A stretch of DNA of 30,627 nt from Synechococcus sp. (GCA_051439425.1 JBFRWD010000014.1:1-30627); one strand, 5' to 3'. Positions 17,456 to 27,708 are shown, numbered from the stretch's first letter. The notes: generated from the letters alone by a model not told the origin. Made by a program: numbers and translations.

Positions 17456-19459
17456 CTACTGAGTGTCTTCACCAGTATTGACTTCATCAAAGTCCACCCG
17501 ATCGCGTCTTGGGTCAACACCGGTGACAGCTAACTGCACCCATTCCCCAGGATCGACATGCCGTTGGAAGCGCACGGGAATTCGCAGGGCAATCTCATCC
17601 AGCATGACTAAAGCCAAGTTTTCGTGTTCGCGCAAATGCCCCAACACCAGTGAGTTCCAAACTTCATCGGGATGCAATCGCAGGTATTCCAGGCTCCAAT
17701 AACGATTGGCTTGCCGCTCAATGGTGACGGCTTCTGCAGCGGCAATTCCCAGACTAGAGACTGATTCTTTGAGCTGAGTGGAATCAAAGGGAGGGTCGAG
17801 CTCGCTTAACGCTGCCTTGATTTGAAAATGCGCAATCAAATCGCTGTAGCGGCGAATGGGAGATGTCACCTGACTGTAGGCATCCAATCCCAGTCCGGCA
17901 TGGCGATCGGGGGCGGTGGCCACTTCCCCTTTTTTCATGCAGCGCATAATTGCGAACGAGCGAGCGTGACCGTTGCCAAACAAGGCCAGCTCATCATCAG
18001 AGGGTAATTCAGGAGCCGGTTGGGTGCGATAGGGAACGGCAATCTCCCGATCTGCACAAAACCGAGCAGCTGCGGCACCGGAAAGCACCATCATCTCTGC
18101 CACCATTTGCCGCGAGGGGGTATCGTCAATCACGCCAATGGAGGGGACACCATCCGCCACCTTAATATCTTGGTCGGGCAAGCCGATGTCGATCGCCCCC
18201 CGGTCCACCCGCCAGCGATAGCGCAACTGAGCTGCTTCAGCAATCGCAGTGAGTTCCTTTTCCACCCCCATCGCCAACATTTCATCGGCGTCTTCGTAGG
18301 TGAGACGATACGACACCTTAATGTGACTGGAACAGATCTCGACATCCTCAACCGCTCCATCCGCATCCAGCACAACCCCAAAACTGAGAGCACAGGACAC
18401 TTCCCCCTGTCTGAGACTCATGGGGCCAGCCGCCAATTCAAACGGAAACATCGGGATGACGGTATCCGGCAGGTAGATCGTCGTGGCTCGGCGGCGCGCT
18501 TCTAAATCCAGGGTGGAGCCAGGGAGAATCCAACGGGTGGGATCGGCAATGTGAATCCACAATCGCTGGCGGTTGTCGGATAAAAACTCAACGCTGAGAC
18601 CGTCGTCAATTTCTTGGGTGCTGGCGTCGTCGATCGTATACGTGTGCAGGTGAGTCAGATCGCGGCGATCGCTACGATCCTCAGGAGGCGTATCCAACAG
18701 CCCCTGCGTAGCAGCGAGGACGTCATCGGAAAATCGAATGGGCGCTTGGGAGCGACGCAAGTCTAAATTCTCGTGAACGCTCCATACCCCCAAATCCACC
18801 AAGGTTTGAAAGGCTGATTCTTCGGTGGCGCGCCGCTGTAAGTTTTCCAGAAGCTTGATGGCTTTGCCCTTGTCGGAGGCTTCGTCACCGTAGAGAGCAA
18901 ATCGCTCCAATGACTCTAGCCGAAGGCGATCGCCTGGCGGCCACATAACGCTACCTGGATTGGTGAAAGCCTCCTGCATGCGAGCCTCGAACTCCTCCTG
19001 CTCTCGCTCTTTGCGTTCCGCCACCTCAATCTGGTGCTTCAGCTCGTCCACCTGGCTTTGAGAGCGCGGTTCGAACGCATCACCTTTTTGTTTAAAGTAG
19101 ACGCGATCGGCACAAAGCATCTGATAAGCAGCGTAGATACTGGTGGGCTCCGATGATGAAAATAGAATCTCGGCTAGTTCTGGTGGTTCTACCGCTTGGT
19201 TGTCCTCCAGCAAAAACTCCCAGGCAATTTCTAAACTATCCGGGTCAGCGATCGCCTCTGCATCGCTTAAAAACCGAGCAATGCCTTGGGCTTGGTATCC
19301 CTGTCCCGGGACAACGTAGGTAATCTGGCGAGGATGCACCGATTGGGTTTGGCCGGACGCCATCGCTAGCAGCAAATTTTTCTTACCTTCAGTCCCCTGC
19401 ACCACCGCCAACTGGCGATCTCCATGCAGTCGAAACTCGACTAAGGTTCCTTTCTCCAC
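17456..19459 (-). CDS. rnb: Ribonuclease II/R family exoribonuclease (RNB domain)
   Basis: YTIDDASTQEIDDGLS, IHIADP and YSQVTSPIRRYSDL motifs. Likely GTG start at VEKGTLVEF. Confidence 0.93.
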   Translation of the reverse strand: MEKGTLVEFRLHGDRQLAVVQGTEGKKNLLLAMASGQTQSVHPRQITYVVPGQGYQAQGIARFLSDAEAIADPDSLEIAWEFLLEDNQAVEPPELAEILFSSSEPTSIYAAYQMLCADRVYFKQKGDAFEPRSQSQVDELKHQIEVAERKEREQEEFEARMQEAFTNPGSVMWPPGDRLRLESLERFALYGDEASDKGKAIKLLENLQRRATEESAFQTLVDLGVWSVHENLDLRRSQAPIRFSDDVLAATQGLLDTPPEDRSDRRDLTHLHTYTIDDASTQEIDDGLSVEFLSDNRQRLWIHIADPTRWILPGSTLDLEARRRATTIYLPDTVIPMFPFELAAGPMSLRQGEVSCALSFGVVLDADGAVEDVEICSSHIKVSYRLTYEDADEMLAMGVEKELTAIAEAAQLRYRWRVDRGAIDIGLPDQDIKVADGVPSIGVIDDTPSRQMVAEMMVLSGAAAARFCADREIAVPYRTQPAPELPSDDELALFGNGHARSFAIMRCMKKGEVATAPDRHAGLGLDAYSQVTSPIRRYSDLIAHFQIKAALSELDPPFDSTQLKESVSSLGIAAAEAVTIERQANRYWSLEYLRLHPDEVWNSLVLGHLREHENLALVMLDEIALRIPVRFQRHVDPGEWVQLAVTGVDPRRDRVDFDEVNTGEDTQ

Positions 19460-19812
19460 CGGTTCAGTGCCCACGGTGTGCCTCTTCAATACGTGCAGTC
19501 ATGTTGCTGAGTTGTGAACCCGAGCCGATGCTGGCCGCTGGCATCAACGCTGCAGCAAGCCTGGCAAGCAAGCAGGGTTCCCGGATAGAGGGGAGTGAGC
19601 AGATATAGCCAGCCCCATCAGCTCGGCAATTCCTTATCGGAGATTATCGCAATTCCTCCAATTCACAAGCGACAGTTTGCTACCATCACCTGCCTCTTGC
19701 TGTCATCTGACGTGGGCTCCCGCGATAATGCGAGAGGAACGTCCAACAGAGGAACGTGCAACAACAAGCCCGAATGAGACTGCTGGGGATGACAGATACA
19801 GCATCGATGCTG

Positions 19813-21018
19813 CTAGCCCAGCTCACGTATAGCCTCAGCCGCTGCCTCGATGGCGATCGCTCCATGACTGAGGTGGGTTCCTCCTTGCAAAAATACAGTG
19901 TAGGGTTCCCGCAGCGGGCCATCCGCCGATAATTCCAGAGTGCTGCCTTCAATAAACGTCCCCCCTGCCATCACCACGGCATCGGCATAGCCGGGAATGC
20001 GATCGGGCACGGGGTCGAGATAGGAGTCGATCGGGGAATATTTCTGAATAGCGCGGCAAAACGCTTGTACCTTCTCAGCGGTGCCCAACTGAATGGCTTG
20101 GATAACATCCGTTCGTGCCGCCCCCGGCTGCGGAGAGACAGCGTAGCCCATCTCCTTGAACGTAGCGGCCCCTAGATGAGCAATCTTGATGGCTTCTCCG
20201 ACTACTTGGGGAGCCATAAATAGTCCTTGGAATAGCAACCGATTGAGGTCGAGGGTCGCCCCCCCTTCCCGCCCAATGCCTGGAGCCGTCAGCCGACAGG
20301 CAGCTCGCTCTACTAATTCAGCTCGTCCGGCCACATATCCCCCAGCTGGTGCCAGCGTTCCTCCCGGATTTTTGATCAGAGAGCCCGCGATCAAATCCGC
20401 CCCTACGTGACAGGGCTCCAACGTTTCCACGAACTCTCCATAACAGTTATCCACAAAGCAGACAGTGTCCGGGTTCTGCCGCTTTACACTGGTCACGATC
20501 CGCTCGATTTCCCCAATCGACAAACTGGGCCGCCAGTCGTAACCGCACGATCGCTGAATGTGTACCATCCGGGTTTGTGGTCCCACCGCTGCCGCCAATA
20601 CCTCCCAATCCACCCGCCCCTCTGCGGTCAACGACAACTGGCGATAAGACACTCCAAACTCTCTTAGGGATCCTTGACCGGCTCCGCGCAAACCGATCAC
20701 CTCTTCCAAGGTGTCGTAGGGGGCTCCGGCCACTGCCAATAATTCATCCCCAGGTCGTAATACACCAAATAGAGCACAGGCAATCGCATGGGTGCCCGAG
20801 ACAAACTGCACCCGAACAGCGGCGGCTTCAGCCCCCATGACTTGGGCAAAGACGCGATCGAGCGCATCTCGCCCCAGATCGTCGTGCCCGTAACCGGACA
20901 CCCCCGAAAAATGTCGAGCACCGATTTGGTGGTCTTGGAATGCTTGTAAAACGCGCTCCAAATTTACGCGAACCATGTTGTCTATGTGTCGAAAAACAGG
21001 ATTTAGAAGTTCACTCAT
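19813..21018 (-). CDS. Methionine gamma-lyase family / aluminium-resistance-type PLP enzyme
   Basis: GYGHDDLGR, FVSGTHAI, IQRSCGY, FVDNCYGEF, GSLIKNPGG and GGTFIEGSTLELSADGP motifs. Start is ATG 21018 or TTG 21027. Confidence 0.92.
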   Translation of the reverse strand: MSELLNPVFRHIDNMVRVNLERVLQAFQDHQIGARHFSGVSGYGHDDLGRDALDRVFAQVMGAEAAAVRVQFVSGTHAIACALFGVLRPGDELLAVAGAPYDTLEEVIGLRGAGQGSLREFGVSYRQLSLTAEGRVDWEVLAAAVGPQTRMVHIQRSCGYDWRPSLSIGEIERIVTSVKRQNPDTVCFVDNCYGEFVETLEPCHVGADLIAGSLIKNPGGTLAPAGGYVAGRAELVERAACRLTAPGIGREGGATLDLNRLLFQGLFMAPQVVGEAIKIAHLGAATFKEMGYAVSPQPGAARTDVIQAIQLGTAEKVQAFCRAIQKYSPIDSYLDPVPDRIPGYADAVVMAGGTFIEGSTLELSADGPLREPYTVFLQGGTHLSHGAIAIEAAAEAIRELG

Positions 21019-21070
21019 GGACCGCAAAGATTCTCAACAATAGGGGGGCAAAAGCCTCTAATATAAGCTC

Positions 21071-21898
21071 ATGACTACATCAACTCTTCCCCCCCAGATG
21101 CGACGTCAATTAAATTGGCCCGTCATCGCATTCATGGCCTTCGTCCACGGTGGCGCTCTACTGGCTCCCTTCTTCTTTAGCTGGTCTGCACTCGGACTTG
21201 CTGTTGCCCTTCACTGGATCACGGGCGGTTTGGGAATTACCCTTGGATTCCATCGCCTGATTGCGCACCGCAGCTTTAAAACCCCCAAGTGGTTAGAGTA
21301 CATCCTCGCCACCCTGGGCACTCTGACCGCTGAAGGCAGTCCTCTTGATTGGGTAGGAATGCACCGCATTCACCACAAGTTTTCCGACACGAGTAACGAT
21401 CCTCACGATTCCAACAAGGGATTCTGGTGGAGCCACATGGGATGGTTAATGTATTCCCCTCCACCTGACGATCAAATTCGCCGTTTCACGGGCGACCTCA
21501 ACGGCGATCCGTACTATGAATTCATGCAGAAATTCTTTCTGGTGCCCCAGTTCGTTCTGGCGGTTGGTTTATACCTTTGGGGGGGCTGGAGCTTCGTCAT
21601 CTGGGGAGTTTTTGTCAGATTGGTGATGGTTTATCACACCACTTGGCTAGTCAACAGTGCCACCCATAAATTTGGCTATCGAAACTTTGATAGTGAAGAC
21701 GCCTCAAAAAACTGCTGGTGGGTTGCTCTTATGGCCTACGGTGAGGGTTGGCACAACAACCATCATGCTTACCCGCACTCTGCCCGTCACGGTTTGCGTT
21801 GGTGGGAAATAGATGCAACATGGATGGCAGTAAAAACACTCAAATTCTTTGGGTTGGCCACTCAAATTCGCACGGCAAGATTTGAGCCGAAGTCTTAG
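21071..21898 (+). CDS. desC: Delta-9 acyl-lipid desaturase
   Basis: His boxes HRLIAH, HRIHH and HNNHH; GFWWSHMGW; VNSATH. Confidence 0.93.
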   Translation: MTTSTLPPQMRRQLNWPVIAFMAFVHGGALLAPFFFSWSALGLAVALHWITGGLGITLGFHRLIAHRSFKTPKWLEYILATLGTLTAEGSPLDWVGMHRIHHKFSDTSNDPHDSNKGFWWSHMGWLMYSPPPDDQIRRFTGDLNGDPYYEFMQKFFLVPQFVLAVGLYLWGGWSFVIWGVFVRLVMVYHTTWLVNSATHKFGYRNFDSEDASKNCWWVALMAYGEGWHNNHHAYPHSARHGLRWWEIDATWMAVKTLKFFGLATQIRTARFEPKS

Positions 21899-21966
21899 CG
21901 ACGAACGCGTTAGTGCCTTGGGTATCGGTAGGAATGAGTTAAATCAGACAGTATGTTTGTCTGTAG

Positions 21967-21994
21967 AAAGCGGAGCTTAGTGGCTCTGCTTTTT
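21967..21994 (+). terminator. Intrinsic terminator of desC
   Basis: AAAGCGGAGC-TTAGTG-GCTCTGCTTTTT. Confidence 0.75.
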
Positions 21995-22111
21995 CATGGC
22001 TCGTGATGCCATAGAGCACCAGGGAGATCCATCAAGACTAACGAAGAATTAGGCTTTGAGATTTCTAAATTTCCGACTGCGATTCGATCTGACCGAGTAT
22101 CCCTGCCACCC

Positions 22112-22650
22112 CTATCGGGCGAATTTGAACCAGACTGGATAGAAACACATCACAACAACTAAGCTTTCGGTGATGACCGTTGCCCAAGCGGCTCCCATTG
22201 CACCAAAGAGGGGAATGAACCCCAAATTGAGCGCAATTTAACGAGTGCGGCGGCACAAGATGTTATGAATAGAACCGCTAGCGATCGAGAGCCACTAATG
22301 ACTGTGTCCCCAGATGTCCCAGACAAATCGGGAACAGGGAAAAAGCCAGTACTTTAACACCGGTGCTGCTTCAATCCATTCCATGCTGTAGAAACGTTCA
22401 ATAAAATCAGATGTCAAGACAGTGCCAGTCCCATTGCAGAATAGGCTGGCGAATAGCCTTTTAACGGTTGCTTGAAACTGCTCGGAAGCCAGTCTGGGAA
22501 AGAACACAATCATCAAGACAGACTGAAAATAAATCAATCTCTCGATCTATAGGCAACGTTATATGGAGCGACTGCATCCAAATCCCGCACCAAACCAAGC
22601 ATGATGGTATCAATACGGAAATATGCGATCGCCAGCAAGCTGGTGTTCAT
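22112..22650 (-). pseudogene. Decayed Wzx-type polysaccharide flippase (C-terminal half)
   Basis: Collinear fragments broken by stops and frameshifts: LLAIAYFRIDTIMLGLVRDLDAVAPYNVAYR; VFFPRLAS...EWIEAAPVLK; IALNLGFIPLFGAMGAAWATVITESL...FAR*. The 5' limit is uncertain. Confidence 0.8.
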
Positions 22651-23029
22651 GAGTAGAACCTATTTCAAATAGAACTGACTAGCCCTGTCCGATACATGAA
22701 AGTATCGAAGATGTTGGGTCAGAGTAACGGGCTTCTAGAAATCTCAATTGCCAGTCCTGAAGTAATCGTCGATGAAAACGGTTTATGAAATGGATTCTAC
22801 AGCTGTAAAGCGGTGGTTGGAGTAAGAAACATCTTGATATTATCCATCACCTCATTCTCCTAGCCTCTGCTACCTGCCTGTTTACATGACAGAGCCCAGC
22901 AATCCACTTTGCTATGAACGCATAGCTTGTTAATTAAAAGTTGACAGCGTCGTTTCTCATACTCGTTGGGTCTATATTGCAGTAGTTTTACATTGATAGT
23001 GCTGTTTTAGCCACGTGCTGCAGCCTGTA

Positions 23030-24337
23030 ATGAAACCTCTCCCCAGAAACGTGAATAGACTAACCCGTTGGTTTCAACATCGACATATCAATGCTCTTAA
23101 TAATGCCTTTGTCTTTGCCCAAGAGATAGAAGCATTGGAAAAACAGTATTTTAATGGGGCAAAAGTTGAGTATTCTACCGAACAGAGCAAGACTCTCTAC
23201 GATTACATCAGCAACAAGAAAGATCGCAATCTCTTTTACATTCGGGTTAACCTGGCCCAGTTTCGTCTAGGTTCATTTTTGCCTAGTCAATTAGAGAAAG
23301 AAGTAACGGAACAAAACGCGGGTTCCAATCTCTCAGATGTTGCTGACAAACTTTTTTACATCGAGTCAGTCATTGGCAAGTATCGTACACCTGAGGACGG
23401 CGCGTTTGCTCCTGATGTTGAAACAATGCCAGAAATCAACTCGAATTCGGCTAAACCTAGACAGACTGTCTCTGGGGCAGAGAGCGGCAACGATATAGCA
23501 ATCGAGAATATGAAAGAACCAACTATTACGGAAGAACCCCAGCCTAGTCGTAATAGGTCTCACTCCATGGGGTTATTAAAGGGGATTTGGCAAAGAGGTC
23601 AGGCACCTGATGACTATGAACAACAGTTTGTTGAGGAACTTCGCCAGAATCGCAAGCAGAATCGAATAGCCTTGCGATGGCTAGTGGTTTTAGTGTTGGT
23701 TCCCTTGCTGATGAGCTTTTTGTCACGGAATCTTATTTTTGAACCTCTACTAGGCACGTATAGCGAGCGCAATCCTCTGGAAATTGAGCTTGATGAAGAA
23801 GTCCAGGAAGAGTTTGCCACGAACCTCCAACGTTATAAAGAACAACTGGAAATTCGAGAACTACTTGGCATCGCTCCAGAAATGACAGCTGAAGCAAAAA
23901 AGGCCGCTATTTCTGACAAAGCCAACGAACTCTGGAGAGAAGCTAGGGAGACCGAACTCAGTGGATTTAAAAACCTGCTAGCAGACCTAGTTGCATTAAT
24001 CAGTTTTGCTGGATTAGTCCTATTTAACCGCAGTCGAATATCAGTTTTAAGATCTGCGATAAATCGTAGCTTTCTCACTCTAAGCGACCCGGTTAAAGTC
24101 TTTGTTTTTATCTTGATCACCGATATGTTTGTGGGATTTCACTCTGCTGAAGGATGGGCAGTTATCCTTAGCAAACTCGGCGATCACTTTGGTTTGCCCG
24201 AAAGCGAAGCCGCTATCGGTATATTTATTGCCACTGTGCCGGTTGTCATTGACTCTTGCATCAAATTCTGGCTGTTTACCTACCTGACGCGGTTCTCCCC
24301 CTCGTCATCTGCAATTTACGAGCGAATGAATACTTGA
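23030..24337 (+). CDS. pxcA: CemA/PxcA-family proton extrusion protein
   Basis: C-terminal CemA domain LSDPVKVFVFILITDMFVGFHSAEGW...FIATVPV. Start is ATG 23030 or GTG 23015. May be a paralog rather than the canonical PxcA. Confidence 0.85.
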   Translation: MKPLPRNVNRLTRWFQHRHINALNNAFVFAQEIEALEKQYFNGAKVEYSTEQSKTLYDYISNKKDRNLFYIRVNLAQFRLGSFLPSQLEKEVTEQNAGSNLSDVADKLFYIESVIGKYRTPEDGAFAPDVETMPEINSNSAKPRQTVSGAESGNDIAIENMKEPTITEEPQPSRNRSHSMGLLKGIWQRGQAPDDYEQQFVEELRQNRKQNRIALRWLVVLVLVPLLMSFLSRNLIFEPLLGTYSERNPLEIELDEEVQEEFATNLQRYKEQLEIRELLGIAPEMTAEAKKAAISDKANELWREARETELSGFKNLLADLVALISFAGLVLFNRSRISVLRSAINRSFLTLSDPVKVFVFILITDMFVGFHSAEGWAVILSKLGDHFGLPESEAAIGIFIATVPVVIDSCIKFWLFTYLTRFSPSSSAIYERMNT

Positions 24338-24974
24338 AGAAGTGTCGTCAAGTTATCTGAAAGCAGCAACAATCGGCACTGCTTTTCTTGGGCAAGGGCA
24401 GAGGGTTGAATTACGCCGCAGTCTATAGACAGATCGCATCATGCCGATTCTCAAACTGCTGACTCATTGTTCTCTGGCTTAACTGATAACACACCCTAGA
24501 TTTGGGATACGGAAGGTCATTTCCCAGCAGAATGGCAATGCAATTTCTCTTGCTGACAATCTTGGCAGGCTTCGAGCACGAAGGACGAGTCGGATTACTG
24601 ACACTGCTTTCAATACGGCCGGGTAGGAATTCGTCTTTTGGCTAATTCGTTTCCTTAAATGCTCAGAATACGCTCCTATTGCTTTTTCCTCTGGTCAAGG
24701 CTCGCAGACCACTCGCGAAGTTGAAGTATTCATAAGAACATCTCGCTCAAAGTTTTTCCGCTCTACAATTTAATTCACACTGTTGGCTTTGTTCGCAATA
24801 GCGAATGTTTTGGAGTCACTCGTATTGAATGACAGCGAAAGCGACAGCTCTAAGTTGGACTACGTTGGCTGAATGACTGCAACAGCGACATCCGAATGCA
24901 GCGTCTAACGTCATCTGACTCTCTCTGTACCTTTGCCTCTAACGCCCACCCATCTACGCCTGGAGACAAATTTC

Positions 24975-25724
24975 GTGCCACCCGTTGTGGATCGATCGTC
25001 AGCTCAGTCAGACCCTTTAGTAGTGTGGGTCAGCATTAGTCCCAGCCTGTACACCCTAGATCGCCCCCTACTTTCTCAGCTGCATCAAACCATCCCTGTG
25101 GTTTCCTGGAGGTATCAGCAAGAACCTGACGAGGGAAACTCGTTTGCTCGGGCACTAATGTCATTGGACGAATACATCCGCGGTCTAGCACACCCCGTAC
25201 ATTTGATCGGTCACAGCATGTCAGGCGTCTTGGGACTACTGTATGCCCGGATTTGCCCAGAACGGATACAGTCTCTATCGCTTCTGTCTGTTGGAGAGTC
25301 GCCAACAGTTGATTGGCAGGCTGAGTATTACTCTCGCCTGCAACTCCTGTCTTGCGGACAAGAATTTGTCTTAGGTCAGATGGTTAGAGAAATGTTTGGT
25401 CGCCAACGCCGGCCCATTGCCAGTGTGTTGAAGCGCCTGCTTCAACAAGATTTGGAAAGGGCGCTGTCTCCTCACTCTCTGTGGAAAGTAGACTTTTTGA
25501 ATCCGGGAGGAGTTACCGTTCCGTTATTTGTCGCAGGGGGACGAGACGATACCGTCGTACCGGCCAATGCTCTCAGAGGATGGATGCGGTGGTTCAAACA
25601 GGGCGATCGCCTGTGGGAGTGTCCGAGAGGTCGCCATTTCTTTCATCGGTTTTATCCGCACCTACTGGAGGACGAGCTGCTGAGGTTTTGGCAAGAGCTG
25701 AGCCCGATTGGCCGTGGGACGTAA
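24975..25724 (+). CDS. Alpha/beta hydrolase (GHSMSG nucleophile elbow)
   Basis: VHLIGHSMSG, GGRDDTVV and GRHFFH give a plausible Ser-Asp-His triad. GTG 24975 follows GGAG. Confidence 0.85.
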   Translation: MPPVVDRSSAQSDPLVVWVSISPSLYTLDRPLLSQLHQTIPVVSWRYQQEPDEGNSFARALMSLDEYIRGLAHPVHLIGHSMSGVLGLLYARICPERIQSLSLLSVGESPTVDWQAEYYSRLQLLSCGQEFVLGQMVREMFGRQRRPIASVLKRLLQQDLERALSPHSLWKVDFLNPGGVTVPLFVAGGRDDTVVPANALRGWMRWFKQGDRLWECPRGRHFFHRFYPHLLEDELLRFWQELSPIGRGT

Positions 25725-25876
25725 CGCAGTAATGTTGAGGAAAAGAGATACCCGTTTAGCTTGATAGGCAATGGCCTCACCAACACCTGCGGAAGGTACT
25801 TGTTGACTCTATCTTGCCAACGTTTGCCACAGACAAATTTGCCACCCACAAAGAACTAACATCGGCTAAGTTTGCC

Positions 25877-26113
25877 ATGATACTTCCACCTCTCATCGGT
25901 AGTCTGATCACCAGCACCATTTTGGGGCTTTGGATTTGGCGAACGCTTCGTTCGCTTGCGGCCGGAACTCGACACGTTCGTCGCCTGCACCAAATCCCGT
26001 GCCATCGCTGCACGTTCTGCACGGGAGAGTGGAGATTGAAATGTACGGTACACCCCACCATTGCGTTTTCCGAACAGGCAATTGGCTGTCGTGACTTTGA
26101 GTCCTACCCTTAG
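25877..26113 (+). CDS. Small membrane protein with a Cys/His motif (conserved cyanobacterial hypothetical)
   Basis: 78 aa: one TM helix, then RLHQIPCHRCTFCTGEWRLKCTVHP...CRDF. Confidence 0.75.
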   Translation: MILPPLIGSLITSTILGLWIWRTLRSLAAGTRHVRRLHQIPCHRCTFCTGEWRLKCTVHPTIAFSEQAIGCRDFESYP

Positions 26114-26195
26114 CCTAAGCAGTCACGCAAGATCGATGGTTAAACCACTGGTGCTGAATAGTGATTCACTCGTTTTTGCACGAGCAGCGATCGCA

Positions 26196-26873
26196 TCAAG
26201 AGCGATAGGGGACAGGGTCAACCTGCCCTAACTGCTCGAAGGCAGCCCGACGCAGCAAACAGGAATCGCAGACTCCGCATGCCGTCTCCCCGCCGATATA
26301 GCAACTCCACGTTAGATGCCAAGGCACGCCGAGGCGATCGCCCAATTGAATGATTTCGGTTTTCTTGAGAGCGATCAGCGGAGTGTGAATGCGGATGGGT
26401 TGTCCCTCGCGGCCACGTTTGGTACCCAGCTCGAACACTGACTGAACGGCATCGATATAGTCGGGGCGGCAATCTGGATAGCCCGAATAGTCCAACGCAT
26501 TCATGCCTGCATACACTCGGCCAGCGCCGATCGCTTCAGCATAGCTGAGGGCAAAGCTGAAGAAGATCGTGTTGCGGGCGGGAACGTAAGTAATGGGGAT
26601 ATCTGCTGACATCTCCTCCAGCGAGCGTCCAGTCGGCACATCGATGTTATCGGTCAGAGCCGATCCTCCCCATTGACGTAAGTCAAAGGTAATGGTGCGA
26701 TGTTCAATTCCCAATCGGTGAGCAATCTCTCGTGCGGCCTGTAATTCTCTTTGGTGTCGTTGGCTGTAGTCGAACGAAAGGGCATAGCAGTCCAACCCAT
26801 CGGCTAGAGCCTGGTAAAGAACAGTGGTGGAATCGAGACCACCAGAGAATAAAACAATTGCTTTAGCTGTCAT
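26196..26873 (-). CDS. queC: 7-cyano-7-deazaguanine synthase
   Basis: [27 protein letters not shown] and TWSCY...CGVCDSC motifs. Start taken at MTAKAIV. Confidence 0.96.
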   Translation of the reverse strand: MTAKAIVLFSGGLDSTTVLYQALADGLDCYALSFDYSQRHQRELQAAREIAHRLGIEHRTITFDLRQWGGSALTDNIDVPTGRSLEEMSADIPITYVPARNTIFFSFALSYAEAIGAGRVYAGMNALDYSGYPDCRPDYIDAVQSVFELGTKRGREGQPIRIHTPLIALKKTEIIQLGDRLGVPWHLTWSCYIGGETACGVCDSCLLRRAAFEQLGQVDPVPYRS

Positions 26874-26925
26874 CAAACTGACTCGAAACGGCGGGTCGTC
26901 CCTTCTACAGGATGGCGGAACTGAT

Positions 26926-27393
26926 TTAGGACGGCTCTGAAGACGACTTGGGGGCAGTGAATGCGCCAATCAGAAGGAACAAAACACCGATATTGATGGC
27001 CACATCGGCCAGATTGAAGATGGGAAAGTCAAACGGCACAAAGTCTAAAAAATCGATAACTGCCCCACTGACAAAGCGATCGATGCCATTGCCGATCGCC
27101 CCAGCCAAAATGCAGCCGTATCCCAGTTGTTCCCACCGCCGCATTGGGCCACCCAATAGAGCGAGCCCCATCAACACTAACGCAACGGCCAGCGAAATCC
27201 ATTTGAGGAACCCACCCGAATTAGCGAACAGACTCCAAGCCGCTCCGGTATTTTCTATATAAGTAAACCGGAACAGGCCTGGGATACCCGGTAGGCTCTG
27301 ACCCAGAACCATCGTGTTGGCCACCCACACTTTAGTGAAGCGATCGAGCACAATACCAATCGCAGCCGCTAGCCAAAATCCACCGTTTTTCAT
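26926..27393 (-). CDS. lspA: Lipoprotein signal peptidase II
   Basis: [25 protein letters not shown] and FPIFNLAD motifs. Confidence 0.96.
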   Translation of the reverse strand: MKNGGFWLAAAIGIVLDRFTKVWVANTMVLGQSLPGIPGLFRFTYIENTGAAWSLFANSGGFLKWISLAVALVLMGLALLGGPMRRWEQLGYGCILAGAIGNGIDRFVSGAVIDFLDFVPFDFPIFNLADVAINIGVLFLLIGAFTAPKSSSEPS

Positions 27394-27502
27394 ATCAAGT
27401 CTTATTGTGGCTATTCAGCCCGCGACGACACACTAGTTCCCGGAGCAGTGTAAGACAATTGTGCGACATTGGCCCGCCAGGTACCCGTCAATTTTTTTCT
27501 AT

Positions 27503-27594
27503 GGCAATCCACTGTAAGGTCTAGAGTCGGGAGACAGCTCCAAGCCTGGATCCGCAAGGAGAAATGATTGAAGAACTCTCCATAGCGGATTGCC
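27503..27594. repeat. ~92-bp dispersed element with terminal inverted repeats, copy B (MITE-like)
   Basis: GGCAATCCACTGTAAGGTCTAGAGT...CAAGGA...ACTCTCCATAGCGGATTGCC; homologous to 11603-11693. Confidence 0.8.
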
Positions 27595-27619
27595 CAGCGC
27601 TATAAAGTCTCTGGCCCAC

Positions 27620-27652
27620 AACAATACCCGCCTCCATAGCTGGAAGCGGGCA
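27620..27652 (-). terminator. Stem-loop/terminator downstream of pstS
   Basis: Minus strand reads GCCCGCTTCCA-GCTA-TGGAGGCGGGT-ATTGTT. Confidence 0.6.
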
Positions 27653-27708
27653 CCGATTAAACAACACGTTTAGGTTGTCGTTAGACTCTGAGGCATTAAA
27701 CCTGCAAG

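Noticed and set aside
24340..24930. 600-bp intergenic stretch as a hidden gene or ncRNA
   Set aside because: No recognisable ORF, repeat or strong structure found by eye.
24975..25724. Calling this hydrolase isiC because a DUF2555 (IsiD-like) gene is nearby
   Set aside because: The genes are ~3.8 kb apart, there is no isiA/isiB here, and I cannot support orthology from the sequence.
26874..26969. Long N-terminal extensions in the ORF track (queC; likewise pstS, psbV, SDR, cobT, rnb)
   Set aside because: Family similarity and RBS position point to downstream starts; the queC extension overlaps lspA.
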